NCBI RefSeq assembly: GCF_018977255.1
Contig: NW_024704743.1
Location: 110,424,001-110,488,000, forward strand
Origin: Callorhinchus milii
Lineage: Eukaryota
Direction: 5' to 3'
Length of the DNA: 64,000 nucleotides
Shown here: piece by piece, positions 11,636 through 24,300 of the stretch
Position numbering within the stretch: position 1 is the stretch's first letter
Layout: each line of letters opens with the position of its first letter
Program-made: the position numbers and the translations under genes
Notes under the pieces: model-generated
The model's input: only the letters and a program-made list of their open reading frames with translations
Told to the model about the DNA's origin: nothing
Databases searched by the model: none

Positions 11636-11786
11636 TTGTCTTGTTGTCTCAACGCGGTGCCAACAGAGAGTGGGACAGCGGAGGGTCTGAGGTGTTGGGA
11701 GACAGCGATACCTTTATGACGTTTGGCTGCAAACCTGAGCACATACTGAGGGCAGTGACCTCACCCCAATACACTGCCTTCCTCCC

Positions 11787-11817
<31 letters not shown>

Positions 11818-11859
11818 AGTGCACCTGGTGCACAATATTTGTGTGATCAAACACAGTAA

Positions 11860-12281
11860 TATTCAGGTCGGGGGGTGCGGGAAAGATTTGCGTCCCAAGT
11901 GCGAGGGTTTTGCAGCGCTCGGGTACTGTTTGCTTCAATCCTGTTGTCCTCTCTCGACGCCCATAGCAACACCAAACTGCAAACAACACGGGTCAAACCC
12001 GAGGCAACAGATAGCGACGTCCACACGGACCGAGTCCCGCAGTTCCTGCCTCTGGTTCCCGGTTTATTGGTCTCAGGTGATTTTTTTTTGGGGGGGGGTT
12101 TGGGGGGTGGGATCGATCCCCCAACAGTCGGCAACTCGGGATCTTCTCTCCACTGCAGTTGTTTGTGGCTGAGAAACCTCCAGTGGCTCTCAGTCATCCC
12201 AACTGATCCGCATTGCTATGGAAGAGTCAGCTTCGGGCTACACCTGTTCTCCAACCGAGATGTGAGAGCACCAAACTCAAC
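11860..12281 (+). promoter_or_regulatory. RGS22: RGS22 promoter/5' UTR, CpG-enriched, with RFX X-box-like half sites
   Basis: CpG enrichment; ccatagcaac ~11962-11971, gaggcaac ~12001, attgctatggaag ~12212; immediately upstream of ATG 12282. Confidence 0.5.
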
Positions 12282-12306
12282 ATGGAAAGGGGAAAGATGA
12301 CAACCG
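12282..12306 (+). CDS. RGS22: RGS22 exon 1 (MERGKMTT)
   Basis: caacATGg Kozak context; 25 nt; g|gtatgt donor, phase 1. Confidence 0.75.
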
Positions 12307-15300
12307 GTATGTAACTGCAGATCGCTCCTTGTGGATAGGTATTAACCCTCTGAAAGTATCTGATTTAGTTAATCACTGCACAAAAGTTTGATCCAGTGAT
12401 CTGTGGACAGTTTAACAACAACAACAAGATTCCATTTATAGAGCGCCTTTCACGTCAGGAGGACGTCCCAAGGTGCTGCGTTTAATGCAGTGCGTTAAGG
12501 AATAGCGCGTGTGACAGAGCTCTCCAAATTCTTCCTCCCGAAATGTATGACTTCACACTTTCCTGCATTAAATTTCATCTTCCATTTCCACCCAACCTAT
12601 GCGTGCCTGTGACCTTCTGAAGTTGCAGTACTTGCAAATTTCTTCGTGTGAGCTACACTCCCTATTTTAGTGTCACCAACAAAGTTAGAAATCGTGCCAG
12701 AATCCAATATGTTGAGAAGAGCAGCGGTCCTAACACCAACCCCTGGGGTACATCACTATTTACATCTCTCTATTCTGAATAACAATCATATATTTCCCCC
12801 TCTCTGTTCCCTATCCTTTAATTTTCTATCATCTTTCTATTAACACCATGCACCTGAACTTTTATTAATGCAAAACCAGTTCACATTTACAGGAGTCCTG
12901 TAACTCAGTAGTTAGAGCAGGGAGAAACCTTGGGCAAGTTTCTTTACTCCTCACGCCTGATAATAATCCCTCAAAAAAAACAATAAAGTTGGTCATTTCA
13001 ATACAACAACAACTTGCACTTGTATGGCGCCCTCCACGCAGGGTGCGTCTCAGAGCGCTTAACAGTCGCGGAGCCTAACTCCGAGCCGGAGGGAGGTGAC
13101 CGTAAGTACGGTTGAACAGGAAAGTTTTCAGGCAGGACTTGAGAGAGGAGGCAAGGCAGAGAGATTGAGGGAGAGTATTCCAGAGTTTTGGGGCGTAGCG
13201 GCTGAAAGCGCGACCTCTGATAGTGGGGTGGGTGGTGCGAGGGATGAGCAAGAGGCCAGTGCCAGTCAAGCAGAGGTGCCGGGTGGTGTATTGGAGAGTG
13301 AGAAGGTCAAAGAGGTAGGGAGGTGCCGGTAGTGAAAGGATTTGAACACAAGAGTGAGGATCTTGAAGTCGATCCATTCAATGATGGGGAGCCAGTGGAG
13401 CCTGGCCAGAACTGATGAGATGAGGGTACGGAGTTTGGTCCGGGTCACTATGTGGGCAGTAGAGTTTTGAATGAGCTGGATCTTTTGAATGGTGGAGCTG
13501 GGGAGACTGGCGAGAAGTGTATTGGAGTAATCCAAGCGGGAGATGACAAATGCATGCACAAGAGTTTTGGCTGCATTTGGGGTAAGGTACAGTCAGAGGC
13601 GGGCAATGTGGTGGAGGTGAAAGAAAGTGGTCCTGATCAGGGACCGGATGTGGGGGAGGAAGGACAGTTGGAGGTTGAACCGGACGCCTAGGTTGCGCAT
13701 TGTTTCAGTGAGTCTCAGGGAGAGCCCAGGGAGGTTGAGGAGTTTAGATCTGTAGGAGTGAAGACATTGACAGGAGCAAAGGAATTTGACTTCCATCTTG
13801 TTCATATTCAACTGCAGGAAGTTTACACTCATCCAGGCTTTGATGTCTGCCAGACAAGCTGATAGAACATCGTCAGACCTGGGGTTGGTACTGGAGGAGG
13901 CAAAGTAGATTTGCTGTCATTCGCATACATGTGGAAGTTTACCCTATGTCTGCAGATGACATCACCCAGAGGGGGCATATAGATAAGAAAATGAAGAGGG
14001 CCAAGGATGGAGCCCTGGGGTACCCAGTAGGTGACCTGGCGGGTGCGGGACGAGAAACCATTTGCCGAGATGAAATGGAGGCGCTTGGTTAAATGGGACT
14101 CAAACCATGCGAGTGTGGTCCCACTAAGGTAGATGAGGGAGGAGAGCCAATGGAGGAGGATGGCATGGTCAACTGTGTCGAACGCAGTAGAGAGATCCAG
14201 GAGGATGAAGAGGCAGAGGGAGCCCCGGTCACAGATAGAGAGAATGTCGTTTGTGACTTTGACAAGAGCTGTCTCTGTGCTGTGGGCATGGAGAAAAACA
14301 GACTGCAGGGGCTCGAGGAGGGAGTGGAGGGAGAGGTGTGACTGAAGTTAACCTGCAACAATGCGTTCCAGGACTTTGGTAAGGAATAGGTAGGTTGGAG
14401 ATGGGATGGTAGTGTATGAGATTAGAGGGATCGAGGGTGTTTTTTTTGAGGAGGTGTGTGATGACAGTGCTTTTCAGGGGGAGTGGAACAGAGCCTGAGG
14501 AGAGAAACTGGTTGACCATATTGACAGGCAGTGGGAAAAGAAGGAGGAGTTGAGTGAACAGCAGCTGGGTGGGGAGGGGGACAAGGCAGCAGGTGGTGAA
14601 CTTCATCTGGATGATTATTGTTGAACGGGAAGCGGGAGAAATGGGGGCAAAGGAGGGGTAGTGGTAGATGCTGTGGCGGAAGGAGAAGACAGTATGGATA
14701 GTCTGGATGGGGTGGAAGGGGACATGGGGGAGAAGGATGATGCAGCCAAATGGATGTTTTCGATTTTTGAGGCAAAGAAGTCTAGGATGGAGGAGGTGAT
14801 GGACTGCGGAAAACATGGTCTTTTGGATTGTTTTTGGCCTCCAGGATAAATTTCGAGTAAAAGTCCAAAGTCCTCCAAACAATCCATAACTGTTTGTGGG
14901 ACACTGCTGTGCGTACTTGGCTGCCACGTTTCACCCACAAATATACAGTCAACTCACTTTACAGTATATTCCGCTTTGAGACATCTAGAATACGTAAAAA
15001 GCTCTATATCAAATGCAAGGATTATGATTATTATTATTTATAAAGTGCCTTTCATGCCAGGAGGACAGCCTTTTACGTGGCACTTTATTAAAAATCTGAT
15101 CTCATAACTCCAGAATATTTTACCCTCCCATCATAGCATCAAGCTGCTTTTTAAGTAAATCAAGTGCCCTGGCCTCAATCATCCTTCCTGGCAACGTGTT
15201 CCAGTTGTTAATTACAACAACAACAAATTACATTTGTATAGCACCTTTCACGTCAGGAGGACATCCCAAAGCGCTGGACAGAGTGTACACCCGAGCTAAG

Positions 15301-18300
15301 GGGTTGGGATCAGGAGGGGTGGAGGGCAAGGAAGATGGAGGTTGGAGGTGTGGTTATAATAATAATAATAATAATAATCCTTGCATTTGATATAGCGCTT
15401 TTCACGTCAGGAGGACGTCCCAAAGCGCTTCACAGAACACACTGTAAAGTGAATTGACTGTATATTTGTGGGCGAACGCGGCAGCCAATTGCGCACAGCA
15501 ATGTCCCACAAACAGTCGTAGATTGAAAATGATCAATTTATTATTGTTTTTGTTTTTTGGAGGGATTATTATTGAAGTAAATTAAGTAGGGGAAGATCTT
15601 GAGTGGTCCTTGTAGGAGGCAAGGAAGGGGGCGAGGCGAAGGGACTATGGGATGGAGTGTTAAATGGTCGTAGCAGAGGAGCTGAAGGCCAACTGTCCAT
15701 GGTGGGGAGGGCAGGGCGGGGGACGTGGAGCAGACCAAGTTCACCGAGCAGAGGGAGCGGACAGGGGGTTATGGGATTAATAAGTCACAGAGGTAGGGAG
15801 GAGCAAGATCGTGGATGGCTTTGAAAGTCAGCAAGAGGATGATTCAGAATTAGTGTCTAAATAAAGTAAAACCTCCTGATATCTGTCTTGAAATTAACCC
15901 CTTGAAATTTTAAATCTATGTCCTTTTGATCTACTGTTGGTGCATCCTAAAATATTTATCTGGGTTTGACATTGCATACACCTCAATAAGGTCACCTCCT
16001 AAGGAGTTGTACTTATCTGGTAAGGAAGGTTTATGTGGACAGATATTAAAAAATACTAATACAGGAATTCTTTTCTCTTCCAGTACCTCTTGATATAACA
16101 GAAAATGACTTTGTAAGTAGAAGATGTTGAATGGTGATGTTTCCCTTTCTTTGCTGAGTTTTTTTGTAGCTCAGTGTGTCCAGGGCAGATAACGTAATGT
16201 TACCTTTGTCATGTGGGAAACCTTCACATAAAAAAGGACACGTTCCATGTCTTTCCAAGTAATTTTCAGCGCACAATACAAATTTTATGAAAATTAAAAT
16301 GTTTTCATTTGTTACTCAGATTCCTGAAATTTAAATTATGAGAATAATTTATTATATTCTGTCAAATTATTGTACATAGTATCCCATCTAGATATCATTT
16401 CAAGCATTGCATTCCAATATACTTAAACATTTACCATTAAATCACATTCAATATAGTGTGGATTTCTGTAAGCATGAGATTAAATGGGTGGAATGACCTT
16501 CTTCATTTAAACCAATTGTGAACTCAAGAGAAATACTTAAGAAGGATAAAATATGAAAATCAGAAGTTTCATACTGTTGCACTAGATTGTTATTGTTATC
16601 ATTTTTCTAAATGTTTAAGCATTCACGAGTCCATGTTACATTTTTATTTCTTCCATTTCCAGGAAGACTATTTAGTCATAGACAAACTGCTTGTGGATTA
16701 CTTCAATGCATTTCTCTCTCTGCCAGTAAGTAGTGTACCCCCATCTTCACTCTGCCCCCACCCTCTGGAACTCCATCCCACAGTCCCTCTGCCTCACCCC
16801 CTCCTTTTCCTCCTTCAAGACCCGTTTCAAGACCCTCCTTTTCGACCGTACCTTCGGTCACCCTCCTTCCCCCCTACCATCCACCCTCTCTGATCCCGAC
16901 CCCCAGCTTGGGTACAAAACATTGATTGTCCAGCAGATTGGGACATCCTCCTGATGTGAAAAGCGCTATTGAAAATAAAAATATCTTTTTCAGAGTAATA
17001 GTTGAATCCAAATAAAACTTTTGCCGCAACTTCTATGTTTATTTGCATTGAATTTATTTATTTTGCAGTGTTTTCCAAATCCAATAAGATTTAACGCAGA
17101 AACAGGGGTTTTTGAAGTTGTTGATGACTCTGAGAAAGATTTGAAAATGCAAATAAAAGCATTGGTGCGTGCTCAAAGACCCATGAATCCCATCTACAAT
17201 GTGACAAGAAAATCAACAGGAAAGTCCCCCCCAGTAGTCAAAAAACCCACTCCTAATGAACTTAAGATACCAACCACTTTCATTGTAAAGGTTTGTTGAA
17301 TATTTTGTACGTTTTATTGGATGTGAATGATTCTGGCAGTGACAATGCAGTTAAATACAGCTTTATGATAATAATAATAATCCTTGCATTCAACATAACG
17401 CCTTATCATGTCTTTGAGACATCTTAAAGCGCTTCACAGAATATACTGTAAAGTGAATTGACTGTATATTTTGTGGGCGAATCGCAGCAGCCAATTGCGC
17501 ACAGCAGTGTCCCACAAACAGTCGTGAATTGAAGTGAACAATTCTTTTTTTTTGAAGGATTTATTAAAACCCGGAAAAGCAATTTGCCAATCTACTAACA
17601 ACCTGGTTCCTACTTACTGCTCAGTAACAGAGGGGTGTGTGTGCCCAACATTTTGCCCTGCCAAGAATCGTAACCCAGGTCTCTCACCTGCGAGGCGAGT
17701 GCTCTAACCACTGAGCTACAAGACCCAGTGATAACATAGCTGTGGATTGTTTGCACTCTTTCTAGTTGGTAAAGATGACTAGAAGCTTCAGTTGGGTGAT
17801 GTTAGGGTTAAGGGGAAAGGAGTTTGACAGGAGAGCTAAAAAGATAGATCTGAAGGCAGGTTTTGAAGACTGAATCAAGGCAGATTTGGGAACAGCAGTG
17901 GAGATGTAAACAATTCAGACAATTATTTAAGATTAAAAGCAAGATCAAGAATAATATATATAATATAATCTGATATATTTGAAAATATATTTTTATAAAA
18001 CAAAACTGAATGATACGATAAATAAATATTTCCTTAGCTCGGAAATTCTTTGTTACGGATATTTGCTTTTAAAATAAAATTAGTGCTGTTTCAAAACCAA
18101 TTGAAATTGAAAAGTAGCACATAAATATCTTTAATTTCTTTCAAATCATAGCAGTCCAAAACCTTTTGCTCTTCAATAATTAGTATAACACCAAATAGCG
18201 AATATATGGCAAGGCCAAGGATAGCTTGGGAGAGGGGTGAGTAGCCAGGAGAGGGTAGCAAGTAGCCCAGAGAGGGTATGGTAGCCAGAATGATTTTGTT

Positions 18301-21300
18301 TTGCTTTTAGTGTCTGGATCAGGAGCAGGGTGTTGCCTGGGTAAAAAAGGAGAGGCTGTCGGCGTTCCTCCAGAGTGACTGCTACTTTGAATACAGGTAC
18401 AGGCACTGAATCCTTTCGTTGTACAATATGTTGATATTTACGTTCAACTCACAAACCTAACCTTGCATCTCGGTTTTCTTCATAATTCACGACTACTGTG
18501 TATTGCGTTGCACTTTGTAAATATGTATTTGCACAAGTAGAAACCACATTCATAATAGTAATAAAATTAAAATATCTGCTACCCTTTACCCCTTGGGGGA
18601 ATGGGCTTGCCTGTAGGAGGGGTAAGGGGAGGGGGTTTGCTTGGGATTTAGGTGGGAGGGTAGCCTGGGACTATGAGAGTAACCTGGGAGAGGGGGCGGA
18701 CAGCCTAGGCCTGTTGGCCACGTGTGAGAGGCCTTTGTGAGGGAGTGGGATCAAATCTTGGACATAGGAGTCCTTAGGTGCCATCCGACCACACAGTGTC
18801 CCACAGTGGGAAATCAAGGGAGTAACTGCACTTTATTAGAGAAAAGCTGTCCACAAAATATAGTTATAGTATTTGATGTGGTGGAAACAGCCAACCATTG
18901 TTAAAGATAAACAACTTATCAAAAGCATTACACAAGATTAGTCTGAACAAGATTAGTCTCTTCAGCTCACCCAGTCTTATCCTCTCAGAATACCCACCCA
19001 ATCATCTTCCCAACAGCATTGAAATCAGCATCAAGCTGGGTTTTTTGAATGAGTCCAGTGTACTAGCCTCAACTACCCTTCCTGGCAACCTGTTCCAGTC
19101 TTTAATTCTCCCCTGAATAAAGAAGAAAACTTATTTCCATCCATTTACAATAATTTTACAATAATAATAATCCTTGCATTTAATATAGCACCTCACATGT
19201 TAGGAGGATGTCTCAAATCAATTCACAGGCTTAAACCTTTGAGATGTCCTCCTGATGTGGAATGCAAATTGTATTGTATATGCTGCAAAGTGTAGCGACA
19301 GTATATTTGAAGGCAAATGTGGAGTCAGTTTGCACACAAACAGCTGTAAAGTCACTTTTATTTTCATTTGTTGCTATTGCATTTTACTGCACAAAAGCTA
19401 TGTTGTGGTCATTACTAATAGGCTTGGAAAGTTGTTGTCTCAAATAGAGTGTGCCTCTGGTTCTGTGCTACCACGGATTGATCGCACATTCCAACCGTGG
19501 GCTATAGAAAATGTAGAAGTGGCTCCAGAGCCTTTCGTTGGAGAGCTGACAAATTCCTTGAAGCAGGTGTACACTTGCTTTGGAGAGGTAAGGCTGAGCT
19601 TATCTAAACAATGCATGCAACAAACAACATGTTTTACCATTGCACCTTTCACATAGGAAGAACACCTCAAAGCATTTTACAAAGACTGAATAGGAGTCCA
19701 AACTGGGAGACAGGAGAGGTTGGGTGGAGGTGGCTAAAGGTACAATTAAAGATAGGAGTTGTATACGGGTATTGAAAGCCGAGAAGGAGGGGGCGAGTGG
19801 ACGGAATTGGGCAGAGTTCTAGCGGGTGGAGGAGTTGAAATCTTGCCCACCAGTGTTCTGGCCTCAACCACCTTCGTGCTAGCTTGTTACAGTTGTTAAT
19901 TGCCGACTGAGAAAATTGAAATTCTCCGGTGTCTGTCCCGAAAACTTTTGTTTTTACTTTTTCACTTTTGTAATTCCAGGCCATAGTACCATGTATAGCT
20001 ATACCCCCAGCTTGAGTGCAAACCCTGGATTGTCCAATGCCTTGGGTCGTCCTTCTGACCTGAAAGGCGCGATATCAATGTAAATTTGTATTGTATTCTA
20101 TTGTATTGAGTATGAATCACCAACTGTGAACTTGTTTTGGAATGTAATAATGTGAATAATTACTACTCTAATAACTTTGTCTACATAGGCCAGCATCACC
20201 GAGAATAAAGTAGTGTTCAGTGATGCAATGTTACCTCACGAATCAACAACTACAATGTCTGTCAGGGGGTCCTTACCCTCAAGCTCAGAGGAAAAAGAAA
20301 CTCGAGAGATAATTTCTACAAGCCACTTGAGTAAGGCTCTTAATGTAAAATATTGTACTGCACAGAATAAATATTTTTTAAATGATTACATTTTCTTTCA
20401 CCCCTCAAATAATTTTCTTTGTGCACACTGCTGTGCACAATTGGCTGCCGTGTTTTGCCCACAAAATATACAGTGTATTCACTTTACAGTAAGTGAAGCA
20501 CCCTACACTTGTACACTGTCAGTGCAATTTGCCCCTGACATTTCTATAAATCTATTTCAATTGAATTTGTTTAGGCCTGGAATCAAACATCTTGCACAAT
20601 GCCTTTGCTGCGTACCAGACAAGCAAACCAAATTTGCGCATTAAGGAAATAGCAAAAGAAGAAGTTTGCGATTCGGGAAGTTTCCGACCTAAAGTACTGG
20701 GTGATGAATATACGCATGTGTTCACGAGAATCCTTTGATCTCAGCGGGAACAGTATTCTTCCTGCCAGAATCAGAGAAGTGCGAAGAAGAGGAAGAAAAG
20801 ACTGAGGAGAAAAAGGAGGAAGGAACGATTGAGGAAGAAAAGTCCAAGGAGACAAAGGAGAGAAAAAAGGATGAGGAGAAAAAGGTGGATGTGAAAGGAA
20901 AGCATGGGAAAGGAAAGGAAGAGAAGGAAAAACAAGCAAGCGATGATAAGGAAACAGCCCAAAATGCCGAGACTATCCTACCTGATGGGCAAATAGCAGC
21001 ACAGCTTGATCAACCTGAGGTCAGTGATGATCTGGACAAGGAATCTGAAAGCGAGGAGGACAATGAAAATGGGCCCTGCTACTTGAGGCAACGCCATGGT
21101 TATAACCTGAAGAGTCGAAAGGGAATTGAAAAATTTGAGCACTTTCTCGAGGGTACAGCTGGGGAGAAATACTTCCGCCTTTGGATCGACATAGAAAGAT
21201 TAAGAGTCATCACAGATGCTAAAACGAAGCAAAGGTTAGAATCGGTTCAGCTTATAGGCATAAGGGGATTGTAATTGGTTAGTTAATATTATCATTGGCT

Positions 21301-24300
21301 TTTTATAACAACCATGAATGCTTTGAGATGTCCTCCTGATGTGAAATTTAGTTAAAATCCAGCAGTACCCTAATGCACACTCTGCGATCCCCAAGCTTTG
21401 GCTTTTGCTAACCTGACCTCATATTCTCAGAATTAGGTAAACAGGATACATCCCTCTGGGGAGAGAGTGTGCATTGCATTCTAGACATGGGAATTTCTAT
21501 GTGTAGGTCCCATACTTCGGTGGAATTGTCAATCTCGTTTGGATACTGTTAAACGTGGTCATGGGTTTCCTAATCTGTCTGACTGACCACAATTTTTACA
21601 TTTTCTTCTGAAGAAGCTATGTTCATTTAGCAAAGAAATCCTATATTAGACATACTTTGTCCTATCTATGAACAATCCAATTCTCCTCAATTGCTTAAGA
21701 GTTTATTCAATTAAAGGTAGACATACAGACTTTAATTCCAACTTGTGACAGCTATTCCTTGTTGTGGCATTACAACAACAACAACAAATTATACTTGTAT
21801 AGTGCCCTTCACGTCGAGGGTTTCTTGGACCCGAGTTCGGAGTTGGGGTCAGAAGGGGAGGAGGGGGTTGCGAGTGGGAGGGTGGCCGGAGGTACGGTTG
21901 AAGAGGAAGGTCTTTAGACAGGACCTGAAGGAAGCAAGAGTGGGGGTGAGGTGAAGGGATTGCGGGAGAGAGGTCAAGAGTGTGGGGGCAGAGATGCTGA
22001 ATGCCCGACAACCAATGGTGAGGCGGGAAGTAGATCTCAGTCTGGGGAGTGCTGGAACCCTACAATTGGCCTCAGTGCTCTAATTAGAGAGCATGAATCA
22101 GCAAGAGTATTCAAGTCCTGATAGTTTAGATAAATTTAGTTTAGATAGTGGAGTCCTGTAGCTCAGTGGTTAGAGAACTCAACTCGCAAGCAAGAAACCT
22201 GGTTTTGCTTCCCGACAGGACAAAACCTTAAGCAAGTTTCCTTACTCCAGACACCTGATAATAATCCCTCAAGAAAAAAAAACATTAATAAATTGATCAC
22301 TTCAATCCACCATGGTTTGCGGGACATTGCTGTACGCAATAGGCTGCCGCGTTTCGCCCACAAATATCCAAAAAATCTTCTTGGTCTTATAAGGGGAAGA
22401 CGGAATAATGGCTATTCTGGAAGGATGTGATCAAATTGATTAAATCTTGAGAAATTGTTGATTGTTCAAAACATTCCTTCCTCATCTGTCTCCTGAGAAA
22501 TAACATTTTGGAAAGACTAAATCCAGCTGGTAGAGTTGTGCTGTACAAGTGCTCTGACAGTTCATTCATATTAATGAATGTATACAAATGCATCTCAGAG
22601 TCCCTGTCTTTCAAGGTCAGTCTCAAGACCTCCCTCTTTGACTGTGCTTTTGGTCATTTTTCCCTTCCCTACCCCCTTCAGCTCTCACCCCTAGTTCAGG
22701 TGCAAAGCCAACGCTGTCAAGTAACTTGGGACATCCTCCCATTGCGAAAAGTGTAATTATATTAATTTTATATTGTGTTTTTTTACATTTATTTTTGAAG
22801 GTATTGAATTTGTTTGTCTTTTCCCTCTAAATTGTTTTTCGTTTCCTTGAAGCCAAATAAAAAAGCTACGGAATCGGTATTTATTTAATGGAGGAGAATA
22901 CTGCATGAATGCGGAGACACTTTCACGACTGGGTCTATCATATGCCTCACTGTGGACGGAAGAAAACCTGTCTGATGCACAACCAGATATAGTGGAGCCT
23001 CTGCTTCTGTACTGGTGAGTATGGGTGCAAGCGTAGGTTTGATAGTACCTATTTTGAAATGAAGCTTTGCTGTGTACATTGTGGTTCAGGAAGTAGCATT
23101 TGTAATGTACAAGAGACCATCATCAATTTCACTGGAAGCTTTTTTTTAGATGAGCCAGATGTCTGATCAGGTGTAGAAACCCATCACCACGCTCAGGAAT
23201 TTTCAAACCAGACTGAGAAGTTTCTCTGTGTCACAATTATTTTTGTATTCAAACAATTATAGGGGACCCAGGTTCTGTATTAAACAGAATTTTCCTGCAA
23301 TACATGCTGCCTTTCCTCTGAAGAATTGGGAAGAACGTCAGCTAAGACCCAAGACTGATGTGGGCCCATTTCCAGAAACTGCTGTCACATTGCCAATTCG
23401 ACCCAAAATAACTTGCCCTTCAGAGCTCCAGAGTTCAAGTTCAAACAAACAGGTTAGCTTTGTACCAACCTTTCTAAACTCATACTGAAAAGTGATTTTC
23501 AAAAGTTGTTTTTCCAACTTTGCTCATTCCAGTGCACTTCTAAATATCCGGCTGCTTCTTGGATGTGCAGAGGAAGGTATTAAAGTGCTGTGAAGCACAT
23601 TGAGATGTCTCAAAGACGTGATAAGGCGCTATATCAAATGCACGGATTATTATTTTTATTATTAAGCGGAGTACCTCAGAACTCTATACTGGGATCCCCA
23701 CCCCACAATTTTTATATTAATGACTTGGATTTGCATACCCTATGAAAGGTAGTTACATTTGCAGATGACTCCAAAGCAGAGGAATCAAAGGTCTTACAAA
23801 AAGAATCTTCATTAAAGTATGCACACACTCTGACGCCTGGCAAATGAAGTTCAATACAGATAAATGCAAGGTACTACATAAATAGGAGGCACATATGTAC
23901 TCTATAGATGGGATAGAACTTTCCAAAGGAAAATCTGCAAGAGGTGGTCGCGCACCATGTCACAACATTGTGAGACAGCAATAAACAAGACAAGCAGGAT
24001 GCTTGGCTATATTGCCAAATTAGTTGAGTTCAAGTCCTTGGAAGTCATGTCAAGGTATACAGTGCTCTCTGGTTAGACTGCGTACAATTCTGATTACCAT
24101 AACATAAAGGAGCTGCCCAGGTCCTAGACCTGTGAGGAAAGAGAGTTGAGATGATGTTGTAATGGCAAAGTTGGTATCCTTGAAGGATAAGTTCAATTGG
24201 TCGAAGAGCCATTTTACAAGAACACATAGAAAACTGTAAGATTGATTTATTTTAAAAAGGCCATCTTCAAAATTATTTTCTTTCAGCATGAAAGTGACAA

